64,000 nt of DNA, taken from NCBI GenBank assembly GCA_001179505.1, contig CDMY01000201.1, positions 62,001 to 126,000 of the forward strand. Reading direction: 5' to 3'. Made by a program: the position numbers and the translations under genes. This DNA comes from Vitrella brassicaformis CCMP3155. Taxonomy: Eukaryota > Protista > Chromerida. The notes beneath the pieces were generated by a model, which saw only the letters and a list, made by a program, of their open reading frames with translations, did no database searches and was not told the origin of the DNA. Below, piece after piece: positions 27,401-38,744 of this stretch; within the stretch, counting starts at the first letter, position 1; each line of letters starts with the position of its first letter.

Positions 27401-30400
27401 AACAGGAGGCAGGCAAGCGGGCAGAGAGACGGGGTGGCGGTAGTCTAGCTAGTTGGCTCACCTGTCACGATGACTGGCTGTTTGTAGGCGTAATTCTCAT
27501 TGATTCCTCCAACGTATTCGAATTCGATGAGCGGAAGGAAGACATCGAATGCGAAAAGAGGACATCGACGAGAGGAGACATCGACGAGAGGAACGCCTGC
27601 AGGGGTCCACACGCACAAGCGCATAGTCGCACAAGCTGACATGCCCTCTCTGCGCATTCACGTACTTATGAGGTCCAGAACGAATGGTGGCTCGCTTCTG
27701 ATCTCCGTCTCCTTGGCTCGCAGCCTCTCCTCCCTCCTCTGCCGCTCCGCCGCCCGTCGGTCCTCCTCAGCTGCGTCAGCTGCTGGCGGCAGGCGGGCGT
27801 CATCGGCCGCCCACTGACGGTCTTTGACCTCATGCGCGGCTCGCAGCTCACTCTCACGCTCAGCATCGGCCCTGTCGACAGCCCCCTGCACCAATGACGC
27901 AAAGTCACCACTCGACAGGAACTGCTGGCTGATGAGCTTGCCCAGCGGGACGCGTGCTGAGGAACAAACAGGTGTGGAGCAGACGCATCTGATCGATCCA
28001 CATCGCTTCTGCACTTCGCGTACATGACAGAGAGAGCCTTGCGAGTGTGAGGTCCTCTAATGCGAGTCGAAGGAGGGACACAACGGTGTTTGCGGTGACA
28101 GGCAGACCTAGGCTCCTGAAGGGACACACGGCCAGCTGCATACTCGCTCGCAGACACACGAGTTTGTGTGACCTACTTGAGACTGCGTCGATTGGGATTG
28201 GTCTTGAGGGCAGCCGTCGCGGCGGACACGACTGTGTCCTCAACGATGGGCAGCGGAAACTCGCCAACCGGGAAGAAAGACAGATGGATGTCCCTGCACA
28301 CAATGGTCCCGAAGAGGCGTTCCATCGAACCCTGCGGACCAGAGAGATGCCAACAGAGAAGGCTATCAGCAAGGCTGTCTCAGTGTGGTTAGTGCTATTT
28401 CAGACCTTCAGTTGGTCGTATCGATAGGTTTCGCCCTCAGACTTGGTCAAGACCATATCGGACAGACTTAGAGTTTCAAACGACCTACCACAGAGGCCCT
28501 GCAAGCGATACGCCACATACAAGTACAGCCCAGTCTGTCAAATGGATTCGGCGGCCGACCTCGAGCAAGGTTAGATAGGGATTGAACAACATACGACATA
28601 GAGAGAGTGCCATTCGCCTGCACACACGCATCACATGTCATCAGTGAATGCCTCGGTTTCCCATTCTCCGCCGTGAAGTCATACCTCAGTGTCGTGAAGG
28701 GCGGTTCTTTCTTGTCGTGCCCTGTGTCGGCCGTCCGCCCCGCCTCTGTCCTCCCCTTTGTTTCCTCCGCTGAGTCTGCCGGCACGACAGTGGACGATGT
28801 GCTGGGAATGCGAGTGACGTCACGCGATGATGACGGTGGAGGGGAGGGACTGGTGCCGCTGCTGCCCTTGCCGTATCCTTCTGGCCGGGCCTTGAGCAAG
28901 GCACTCAACCGGTCGGCGAAGGCACGGCTCAGGCTTACGCCCTCTAGGCGCAGCGAGGCAAGTGAGGGCAGGCGACCGATGGCATTGACGAGTTGGGCGC
29001 ACTCCCCATCAGGCAGGCAAGTCAAATCCGCACCTGAGCGCCACACATACCTTGACAATCAGCGACAGCGTGCGCGCTCTCTTATGACCGCCTTACCTGC
29101 CACAGTGAGTGCCGTGAGTCTCTCTGCCCTCTGGAGGAAGCCGATGAGGTCGCTGACGTCATCGGCGGTCGGTGAGCACTCCCAGCGGATCGACAATGTC
29201 AACATCATGTAGGGTGAATACCTGATTGCAGGGAGGAAGCCGCGAACATGAGTGAATTGCTGTCCGTCATCTCTTCCCATCAACATACCTCGCCAGTGTC
29301 GCCACCAGCCGATTTTGCCTGCTCACTGAGATCAATGCAAATGGCGCTAGCAGCTCGCGATTGGCATACGATGAGATGCGGTCAGTCGAGCGGACGGGAC
29401 ACAACCTAATACCAGCCAGCACACAGTGGCCACGGGGTGTATTTGCATCTGTATGTGTGTGAATGACTCTTTACGCGTGTAGCAGACTTCGACATGAGAG
29501 CACGAGCATAGCGAGGTCTTTGGAGGAGAAGTAGTAGAGCCCACCAAGCTGGTAGATGGTGTGGAGGATTCTCTTGTCCGACAAACACCGCACCAGCCGA
29601 TTCTGACAGACACACAGCACAAGCGTGAGGGGTCGGTCACACATGGTCGCTCTCTACCCACCTGCTTGTTCTGCCGTTGTGCAGCCTCTCTGTGGGGGTC
29701 GCCTTGCGATGAGACCCACCGATCGATCGCCTCCTACACGGATCACACACACACACAAACACACACACAGTGGCGAGCAGTGATCGATCGGTCTACATGA
29801 TGGTCAGACCTTGCGGCGGCGATACTTGGCGAAGAAATCCAAAATCTGCAACCATAGGTGCACGGTGCACAGACCTGTGGGCGTGCGTGTTGGTGGCACT
29901 TCATTCACCTCCTGTATGAGACTGTCTTGTGAGGCCGCCGTGGGGGGCCCGGACAGGGCAGAGATGTCCACCTGCAAAATGAAGGGCATCACACACAGCA
30001 AGAGACGCATACAGGTGACCGAGGACTCGGTCATCGGCCCTTCCGGACCTGCAGAATCCGTTCGACGATCGGGTTGTCTTTGGCCTTGCCACTCATCAGC
30101 TGCCGATCACAGCAGCTGCACATATGAAGGCAATTCACTCGGTGCACTAAAGAGATGAAGGACAGACGCACCTGGCAAGGCTGTCCAGGACGCCAATTGC
30201 CATGCCGATGCTGCTGCCATCGGGGGCGGCGGATGCAGCGTCACTCGTCGCGACCGTCGACAGCAGAGAGCACATCACCTCGGACAGGCCCTCGCACGAA
30301 GCATACTGAAGTTGAGTGAAAACAGGAGTGCCGAGTGCTCATACATGCGCGTCGCATCCACTCTGACTGACCGAATTACGAGCAAGTATGAGATTGAGCA

Positions 30401-32285
30401 GATGAACCGAAGCCGTCACGACACCTTGTCCGTGGCGGCCATCCTTGGTCAGTCTGTCGCTCTGCAGGATGCTCACAGCCGCCGAGAGGAAGCCCGCCTG
30501 CGCAAGACGCTCGCAGTAGCCACATTCTGAGGAAACACAGACGCACACGAGATATCAATGTGCGCACACGAGATATCAATGTGCGGCATGGACCGTGCAC
30601 CATTACTCACCAGCCATTGCCAATGGAACACTCAGATAGATCCAGACGATGAAAGCCGGCCACTGAGCGGTGGCGTGGTCCTTCAGCAATGTGGCTATCT
30701 TGCCCAGGGCAGCGGAGCTCGCTGACACACTATAGCATATGGACGCCAACACACCTGCATCAGCACACGCCTACACACGCTCGTACAGCGGCATCCACAT
30801 GTCCCCCACCTAGCTCAGAGGGGAAGCGGAGGGCGTCTCTGAAGATGATGCCTATCAGCTCGTATGCCCTCCACACAATCACCTGATCACTGCTGATGAC
30901 CAGGGTCTCGACGAGCGCATCGATGTGGCAGAACATGTGCTGCTGAAACGCCCCCAGCGCCTCAGCCGTCACTGAATTACACACATAACACACACAGATT
31001 CACTTAAACACGACAGCCCTCTTTTCCGGTTCATCATGTGATCACCTGGGATTCTTTTGAGAACCACTGCCACATCTACCCCGAATTTCTGGTCCGATAG
31101 TGTCAGCCTCTTCACCCTTTCCTCCACCAAGACACCAAACAGCGGCAGCCACTCCACACCAAAGGGATACCCAGCCTGACAAAGCCATTTGAGGAAGCGC
31201 GTCGCCGCAGTCTGATGCTCTATGTCGCGGCTGCTGTCCTTGAAAATGGAAACAATGCAGCCGGCGAGGCCTCCCTGACCCTGCTGTCGATGCGCCTTGT
31301 CCTTTTTGGCCAGTGAGCGCACGAGGCCCTCGACTGATGGATCGTCGTTGGGCAGGCGGGGCGCTTCCGTGACTTTCTCCACATGGCTCGCGAAGGGGCC
31401 GATATCACCAGCCAGCAGAGCATCGGCAGCGAGGGACATGATGGCAACAACGTCAGAGCCGGACGTCTGGCCCTGCTGCCCGTTGGCCGTGACTTGTTGG
31501 TTGGATGTGATGGGGGAGGGGGGGGAGGGAGGGTATGGACGAGAGGAACCCGCTGGTTGCCGATTCGCTGATGCAGCCGCTGCGGCGATTGCGATTGACG
31601 ATGGGTTGGTGGAGCGAGTGGGGTTGGCGGCCTGCTCCTGTTGGGCACATGCGAAGATGTCGAACGCAGTGAGGGGCTGACGGCTGCCGTCCTGACAATC
31701 ACACCCACACCTCACACACATGCACACCCCTCCCTCGTGTCTGTCTGTCTGTACCGATGTGGCGTCCAGAGTGATGTCATCCTCTCCAGGCACACCGCCG
31801 TGCCCCGCCCCTCCCATCAGCCCTGATCCGTCTTTCTGCTGCTGCATGGTGATGCCCACAGCTGATGCGTTGCCTGCTGGTGAGTGGGTGGCGGTGAGAT
31901 GCATGGAGTGGGCGCGGGAGACGGATGGCTGCGGCTGCTGCTGATTCTGATGGGTGTCGACGCCCTCACTAGGGATCGGCGGACGCTGGATGCCGATGGG
32001 TGGGGAGCCCACGGGGACCTGCTGTAGGAGCAACTGAGACCCGTTGTCGCTGTTAGTCGCAGGGGTGCGCTCTCTGTGGGGAGATGTTGCTAGCGGGGCA
32101 GACGAGCTACCATCTAGACGGCCACAGACAGGGCCCCTGTTGCTCCCGGACGACTCATCGCCACTCATACACACATCCTGCTGCTGTGGCTGCTCCCGCT
32201 GGCTGGCATCTCCTTTGTCGGGCCTGCTGCTGTCTGCCGTCGGGCTGCCGGCAGATAGCGCTTCGGTGGTGGCTTCCGCGGACAT
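24422..32285 (-). CDS. Large multi-exon protein: low-complexity N-terminus, ARM/LRR-like helical region, long coiled coil and C-terminal C3HC4 RING finger (putative E3 ligase); may be two genes
   Basis: The terminal exon has CQVCQERERSVVLQPCGHFCICLQCAQTMQPRECPLCR (IAP/MDM2-type RING). Coiled-coil exons at 24600-26900, LxxLxLxG-like segments near 28900-29300 and helical-repeat-like exons at 29800-31400. The RING is certain; continuity as one gene is inferred. Confidence 0.62.
30542..30583. repeat. Exact tandem duplication of a 21-bp unit in an intron
   Basis: cgcacacgagatatcaatgtg occurs twice in tandem. Confidence 0.85.
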
Positions 32286-32591
32286 CAGCGCTCAGGCGGC
32301 TATCGATCTGCATGAGTCAAAGTCAAAACAGACACCGCACGGACACAAATGAGTCGGAAAGCGAAAGATCTTCTTGACATAGTGTCAGAAGCTAAGCACC
32401 GGCACCAGATGAGAGCACTTCGCCGCCAAGTTCTCTGGCGCCCATTCTCGCCATGATTCGCCGCGAGCTTGCGAGCTTAAGCTCTTCAAGGAAAGAAAGA
32501 GGGACTCTGGTTTGCATCAGCTGGCGGTGCATACTCTTGACATCCGATCAGTCGATACTCATCTGTGTCTGCATCTTTCGTCGATGAGGCG

Positions 32592-33574
32592 ATGAGCGCA
32601 CCAGCAGCAGCGGCAGCTGCAGTAGCAGCATCGGCAGCATCAGCGGCCAACGGGACGACATTGACCAAGCCATCCCGAAGGACGCTGGCCGACTTCTCCA
32701 AACTGGGACTCTCATTCCTCAGGAGATACGTTGTAAGCCGCCAACACACTCGCACGCACCTATCCTCTGCCCGCGACAGCACAGCACGCTTGTGTGTGTT
32801 TGTGTGTTGAGCAGGCCCACTTTCACCTGGAGGATGTTGACCCAGGCCAGGCGAAGGAGGTGCTCGTCAAGGCCGTGGCTGAGCACTTCGAGCAGATGGA
32901 AATCAACCCCGACGAAATCATCAAGAAGTTCCTCGAAATCAAAAAGGCTCAGGAGGTCAGTCAGTCGACGGCCGGGAGGGTCGGCCAGCCAACACATACA
33001 CACGCCTGCCTGCCTGCCTGCCTGCCTCCGTGTGTGCCTGGCTGTGTGCAGGAGAACATCCCCGAGGGTCCGCCACTGCTGCACCCCATGTCAGCGCTGA
33101 ACGGCAACCTTCGGCAGGGCCGCACGACCCGTCAGGAGGCGCGCAAGCAGCAGCAGGCACAGCAGGAGGCGCAGCAGCTGTATGACGCCTCGCCTCTGCT
33201 GCCGGGGGAGGGGGCGCTGTCCGGCTCACTCATGGATAGCATGGGCGACGGGATGGGCTCGCGCAAAGTGACGGCCAGTGACATGGGCAACGGAGCCAGC
33301 AGGTGGGTAGGTGGATGGATGAATGGATGGATAATGGGGCGAATGGCTGTGCTGCGTATGTTGTGGGCGTGATGCTTTGCAGGAAGGGTTTCGGCAAGAA
33401 GCCAAATGCGGTGAGTGACCATATGCACTGCCTGAGTGATGTTGGGTTGCCCTCATATCTTTCAAGATTGATCTGGATGGATGGATGGATGGATGTGTGT
33501 TTGTGTGGTGTTTGTGTGTGCAGGGCAATGGGAACGGCAAGGGGGTGAAGAAACCCATCAAGAAGAAGAAATAG
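32592..33574 (+). CDS. SAP30-like protein (Sin3-binding domain), histone deacetylase complex subunit
   Basis: ADFSKLGLSFLRRY / AHFHLEDVDPGQAKEVLVKAVAEHFEQMEINPDEIIKKFL fits the SAP30 Sin3-binding pattern (DfskL..LrrY..f.L....k.eL..aV..HF......e.i..F). Basic C-terminus KKPIKKKK, with TAG at 33572-33574. Confidence 0.75.
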
Positions 33575-34066
33575 ACGGAGGCAGGCAGGCGGGGCGGGTC
33601 TGGTGTAGCTCACTCGAACCTGCCTCTCCCTCTCTCTGCATATCTTGAGTCTGGCCGCCCTTTGATGCATGCCTTGAATTCCGAGAGACAGACACTGTGT
33701 CCGTAAGACTCTGTCTGTCTGTCTGTCTGTCTGTGTGTGAATACTGAATGCGTTGATCCACCTGCACGCCGTCACTGACGTTTCCACTCTTTGTCTGCAT
33801 CGCCAGCCAGACCAGCACTCTCGACCAAAAACACGCCGCGCAAATATGCTGTCACTCTCTCCCTCCCTCCCTCCCGACCGACCCTCCTATACACCATCCA
33901 TCCATCCATCGCTTCATCCCTTCATCCACACGCAGCTCTCTCTCAGCCCAAACTGCTGCCAACCAGTCAGTAGAGCAATAGTGCAGGCCACAATGATCGT
34001 TCATCGCCCATGCCGCTTACGAGAAACAACCAATACTGACAAAAGAAGCGGCGCCCACTCGCTCAC

Positions 34067-35499
34067 TTACTTGCTGAGCTCTTCGACGCTCTGTCACCAA
34101 CGCAGCAGACGGACACATGACCATCTTTGGTGGACATAGCTTGTTCGTCGTGTGCGTCACTCTACCCCACTTACCTGTCGCATTTCTTTGATGACGGCTT
34201 CGGGGTCATCCGCCTTGAAGATTGCCGTGCCTTCACATACACACCAACACGCAACAGCAGCGTCAAGCCAACCGGGGGCTATTTGAGCGTGTGCTCTGGT
34301 CCTTACCTGCCACAATTGCATTTGCCCCGGCAGCCGCGGCAATCTGATGTATTTATTGACAACACAGGTGTGTGCTGGGCGGGTGGGGCACACTTCACCA
34401 CTCGGCCATCTATCACCTTTGTTGTGTCGACGGTGAGTCCGCCGTCCACCTCGATGGTCAGCGAGGGGTACTTGGCACGGGCCGTCTTGACCTACAAACA
34501 AACACACACACATACACAGAGGGATGTAGGAGTGAGTGCAGGCGTCATACATACACATACAGAACAAGGCCCGCCTCGTGTGTGTTGGCGATTTATTTGT
34601 CCGCACTCACTTTGTCCATCATGTCTTCCATGAACTTCTGTCCGCCGAAGCCCGGCTCCACCGTCATGACCAGCAACGTGTCTATCAGACCTGCCCACCA
34701 CACCGCCACGCCACGTACGCAGGACAGGACAAGTACCTACCGACATCGACTCAGCATTGGTGTTGTGTGTACCTGAGTCGATGACGGGAAGCACGTCGTC
34801 GATGGATGTCTTGGGCTTCAACACGATGCCTGCAGTCAGTATCAGTCAGTGAGTGACACACAAATGAGCTCGAGCAGCCTCTCTACGTACCAACCTGCCT
34901 GCATGCCCTTCGCCTTGATGTCCTTGGCGATCTCAAGCGCCTCGGCAGTGCTGCCTGACAGAGACAGCACAGACAAAACGTTACCCAATTGACACTCGCA
35001 TGGACGTGTGGACACATCCATGCACCCATACATACCAGCCGCCTCGATGTGGAAGGTGAATTGGTTGACGCCCGCCTGTGCGAACTCATCCACCCACTTG
35101 TGGGGGTCCGACACCATCAGATGGCAGTCGAAGAAACCCTTGTTGTGTGGCCGCAGGGCCGCAACCACAGGAGCACCAAACGTCAAATTCGGCACAAAAT
35201 GACTGACCACAGCCAACAGGCAGACATGACTCTCGTCCCGGACCACTCACTCCCAAATGGCCGGGCACATCGCTCACCCGTCCTGAAACACACGCACACA
35301 CACACACACACATCAGTGCGTGCCCCCTGTGTTCCTCTATATCTGTTCTCCTTGGTGGCACGTGGGCTGGCTGACTGACCATGACATCGAGATGCAGCCA
35401 GTCCGCCCCCGCCTCCAGCATCCTCTGGCACTCATCGGCAAGCCTGGCAAAGTCACTGGACAGCACTGACGGAGCGATGTAGGCGCGACGAGGACCCAT
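34067..35499 (-). CDS. RPE: Ribulose-phosphate 3-epimerase (multi-exon)
   Basis: [95 protein letters not shown]. Stop TAA at 34069-34067. Confidence 0.97.
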
Positions 35500-35764
35500 G
35501 GCGCTGCTATCTGGGGCAGGAGATGGCGACTCGGTGGAGGGCTTCACTCGCTTCGCACTGACACAAGAACACACAAAAGGGCAGGGGCTCGGTGAGAAAT
35601 GCACCGAAGGAACACGTGCTTACGGAGGCTCTGGTGGGTCGTTGCTGGCTGGGGGAGGGGGAGGTTGGTGAGTTGTTGACATGCAACGACTCCAGAGACG
35701 TAGAAGCGATGAATGAACAGATGAGCAGGAGAGACCCCTCCGAAGATGCGAGCTCATCTTCAAA

Positions 35765-35959
35765 AACTCACCTCCTTTTCGGAGGAGATCTCGCTGATCT
35801 GAGCCTACGGCAGGGCATATACGCCTCCCATAGTGTCTGTCGTGACGGCAGGAAGCCGAGATCTGCAGCCATCGATGAGACACAAACTGTGACAATCCTG
35901 TCAGCCATCACCGACTGCAGATCTGTGTCGGCTACCCCCCCGTCAGATCAGTAATAAGT
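35765..35959 (+). promoter_or_regulatory. snRNA promoter block upstream of U2 (proximal element 35903-35924, distal element 35858-35879)
   Basis: About 160 bp nearly identical to the block upstream of U1. Contains AGCCATCACCGACTGCAGATCT ending 35 nt before U2 +1. Confidence 0.8.
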
Positions 35960-36150
35960 ATACCTTCTCGGCCTTTTGGCTAAGATCAAGTGTAGTAACT
36001 GTTCTTATCAGTGTGACAGCTGATATTGGTTCATTGAACCATGAATTGTCACAAGAATTCTTTCTCCGGGGAGAGCGGTTGTTCAGGCTTGCCTGTCGCC
36101 CTCTCGCGTGTCGCCTCGCCCTTACACTCTACGGCGAGTGTGGCACACCC
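35960..36150 (+). ncRNA. U2: U2 spliceosomal snRNA (divergent Sm site and loop IV)
   Basis: ATACCTTCTCGGCCTTTTGGCTAAGATCAAGTGTAGTA 5' end with branch-point recognition sequence GTAGTA at 35992-35997. Stem IIa TATCAG/CTGATA, IIb GGTTC-ATT-GAACC, IIc TGTGACA/TGTCACA, and stems III and IV all fold. Confidence 0.96.
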
Positions 36151-37659
36151 TTTTCTGGGCCTTCGGGCCTAACAATTGCTTCTATCTGACTGATTGCGTA
36201 GCCCTCTGGCTGCACATGATAGCCGGTTTGCATTCGCGCAGCTGGTGACAAGGTCTTCATGTGTGTGTGCCGCTTATGCCATGTATTGCTGACTTGCGTT
36301 CGCGCAGTCAGGGATGATGGACTCCTTATATGCACCGCAGCTGGCAGCAAATCGCTCCCATCCACACGCAGTTGATGCGCTCGCAACACACGCTGGCAAC
36401 ACAGAGTCCTCACCTCACATTCCTCCCTGTGTGTCACACCACACCACATCACACCACACCACACACACACCCAGTCACACAACACACCAACCAGGCGGGC
36501 AGAGAGGATATGAGTCAGGCAGGCAGAGAAGAAATGGACCATTCATCCATTCCTGAAGGCACCAGGGAGCATGCGATGAGGCGCGATGCTAATCTGTGAA
36601 TGACTCTCACGCCCGAGGGCGCCGCTTTCACACGCACAGCGCACATAGGAACCCCCGCCATGCGGTGTCACAGCCAGATGCACGAGCAGACACCTATCTG
36701 TGCATCAATCACATCAAAGCATTCTTCCTTCCTTCCCACGCCCGAAGGCGCCACTGATTTCATTCATCGTGCACGACACACATCCACCACGTACCACACA
36801 GCACAGCCACATAGGCACAAGCAGGAGAGGACGGACACAGTGCGTACGCTACGTGCATCCCGGAACCAACCGATCCACTCGCCCGCCCATCCATCCATCC
36901 ACCACATCCATACAGCACAGCCCCAGCTGATTGTGCTGCACGAGCTGAGTGGACTGCACGAGATAGGTCCTGCAGCAGGAGGGCCACCACGGCTGGTCGC
37001 ACGTGTGAGTGAGAAGCCGAGGAGCCGCCAACCGCCCACACGCACACTGACACAGGCACACACACACACACACACACATACACACAAACAGAGAGAGGGA
37101 GAGAGAGCCCACGAGACGAGCGAGATGATGACGCCGATTCTCTGGCCGTCCATGAATGCAACTGTGCTGTGTCGTGTGCAGCGACCATCTATGAGAAGTC
37201 TGCAGCGCTGCTGCGTCCCCACAGCGGACAGCCAGGCAGCTGTCTGAGACCGTGGCTGAATCACATACTCGGCCGGCCTGAATCAGCCAGACACAGACGG
37301 ACGGACAGACAGACAGACAGATGGACAACTCCTATCGCGTGTCGTGACACGTGTGTGTGTGTGTGTGTGCCTCTTTGCCTGTCCGCCTGGCTTCTCGCCG
37401 CGTCAGCCGATGAGACTGCGGCACTGCGCGGAGGGGAGCAGAAGGCCACACAAAAGATACAACGACCTGCACGCGCACAAAAGGGAGGAATATGAAGGCC
37501 AAAGACAGGCACGGAGCTGATGGAGGGGTCAAAGATCTGCCACCAGCTGGCGAAGGGCGACGAGTTTGAGGGCATGCAACGCCTCCTCAGCGATCAGCGA
37601 TGAATGGCTGGATGAAACGAGGGCCGCCTAGCGGGCAGATCATTGCGAGCTGGATCTTT

Positions 37660-37854
37660 GACCTTCCTCCTTTTTCTCGCGGAGATCTCGCTGATCTGAG
37701 CCTACGGCAGGGCATCCATGCATCCATAGTGACTGTCGTGACGGCAGGAAGCCGAGATCTGCAGCCATCGATGAGACACAAACTGAGACGATCCTATAAG
37801 CCATCACCGACTGCAGATCTATTACTGCCTGGCCCGTGCTCCCACACTTTGTTT
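37660..37854 (+). promoter_or_regulatory. snRNA promoter block upstream of U1 (proximal element 37799-37820, distal element 37754-37775)
   Basis: Near-identical to the U2 upstream block. The proximal element ends 34 nt before U1 +1. Confidence 0.8.
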
Positions 37855-38012
37855 AAACTTACCTGGCTGGGCCTCGGGGGCGCTCACGAAGGTCCCTGTG
37901 CTGTCGTGGAGCTCCCATTGCATTCGGGGGTACGTGAAGCGGCATGGGGGGGCTATGCTCCTGCCAACAGCGGAATTTCTGGCAGAGCTGGCTTGCGTTC
38001 GCGCAGCCGGCA
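37855..38012 (+). ncRNA. U1: U1 spliceosomal snRNA
   Basis: AAACTTACCTGG 5'-splice-site-binding end, loop I GCTCACGAAG (U1-70K-type), loop II CATTGCATTC (U1A-type), Sm site AATTTCTGG at 37974-37982, and terminal hairpin GCTGGCTTGCG-TTCG-CGCAGCCGGC. Confidence 0.95.
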
Positions 38013-38355
38013 ACGAATGTGTGATCTGCCCGCCAGAGATCTTCATCGGGGTTTTTGTGCGGGAGTCATGCCGTGACTGTGCGTCTCTGTTCGAGAATAC
38101 GCGTCTGTCAGCCGTAGATCTCACGAGAACAGGCCAGCAATTCCGCTATTGGCAGGAGCTGGCTTGCGTTCGCGCAGCCGGCAACGACAGCGTCAGATCT
38201 GAAGGCTTGTGCCTGTCCTTCTCTTGCCTACACACCGTCCATTAGCAAGCTGCCACCGTGGATCTCGCCACACAATCCATTCAGCGTGATTTTGTGAATG
38301 AATCCATGCACGTCATGAAGCGACGCACTACCCTCCTCTCAATGGCAATGCTTTG

Positions 38356-38473
38356 TTACGCCCAAGGGCGCAGGGGGGTGCAAAAATTGCGTCAGACGCG
38401 TTAACTGGGTCCCACGCACGGCATTCTTTAGTAAAAGGCGAAAGAATGATGCGAATGAGCGGAACACCGCGAT
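38356..38473 (-). ncRNA. U5: U5 spliceosomal snRNA
   Basis: The minus strand reads ATCGCGGTG..TCTTTCGCCTTTTACTAAAGA (invariant loop I GCCUUUUAC), then Sm site AATTTTTG (38388-38381) and terminal hairpin GCGCCC-TTG-GGCGT. Confidence 0.95.
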
Positions 38474-38744
38474 GGCTGATGATGGAGGGAGAGGGGTAGG
38501 CACACATAGATCTGCAGTCGGTGATGGCTGGCGAGATCGATGATTCTCCCTTTTGCCTTTTCCGGCAGGCATCTTGCTGATCTGAGCATATGTTTGGCCG
38601 TCCATGCACCCAAAGTGTCTGTCGTGGCGGCAGAGAGGCGAGATCTGCAGCCATCGATGAGAGACACAGTCAGACAGTCGGGTCAGTCAGCCATCACCGA
38701 ACGCAGATCTGTGTTGACCTGCCTTCTGTTGCCGACAGGTGGCC
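38474..38744. promoter_or_regulatory. 271-bp divergent promoter region shared by U5 (-) and U4 (+)
   Basis: Proximal element in minus orientation at 38508-38529 (34 nt from U5 +1) and in plus orientation at 38689-38710 (20/22 match, 34 nt from U4 +1). Distal element at 38640-38661. Confidence 0.8.
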
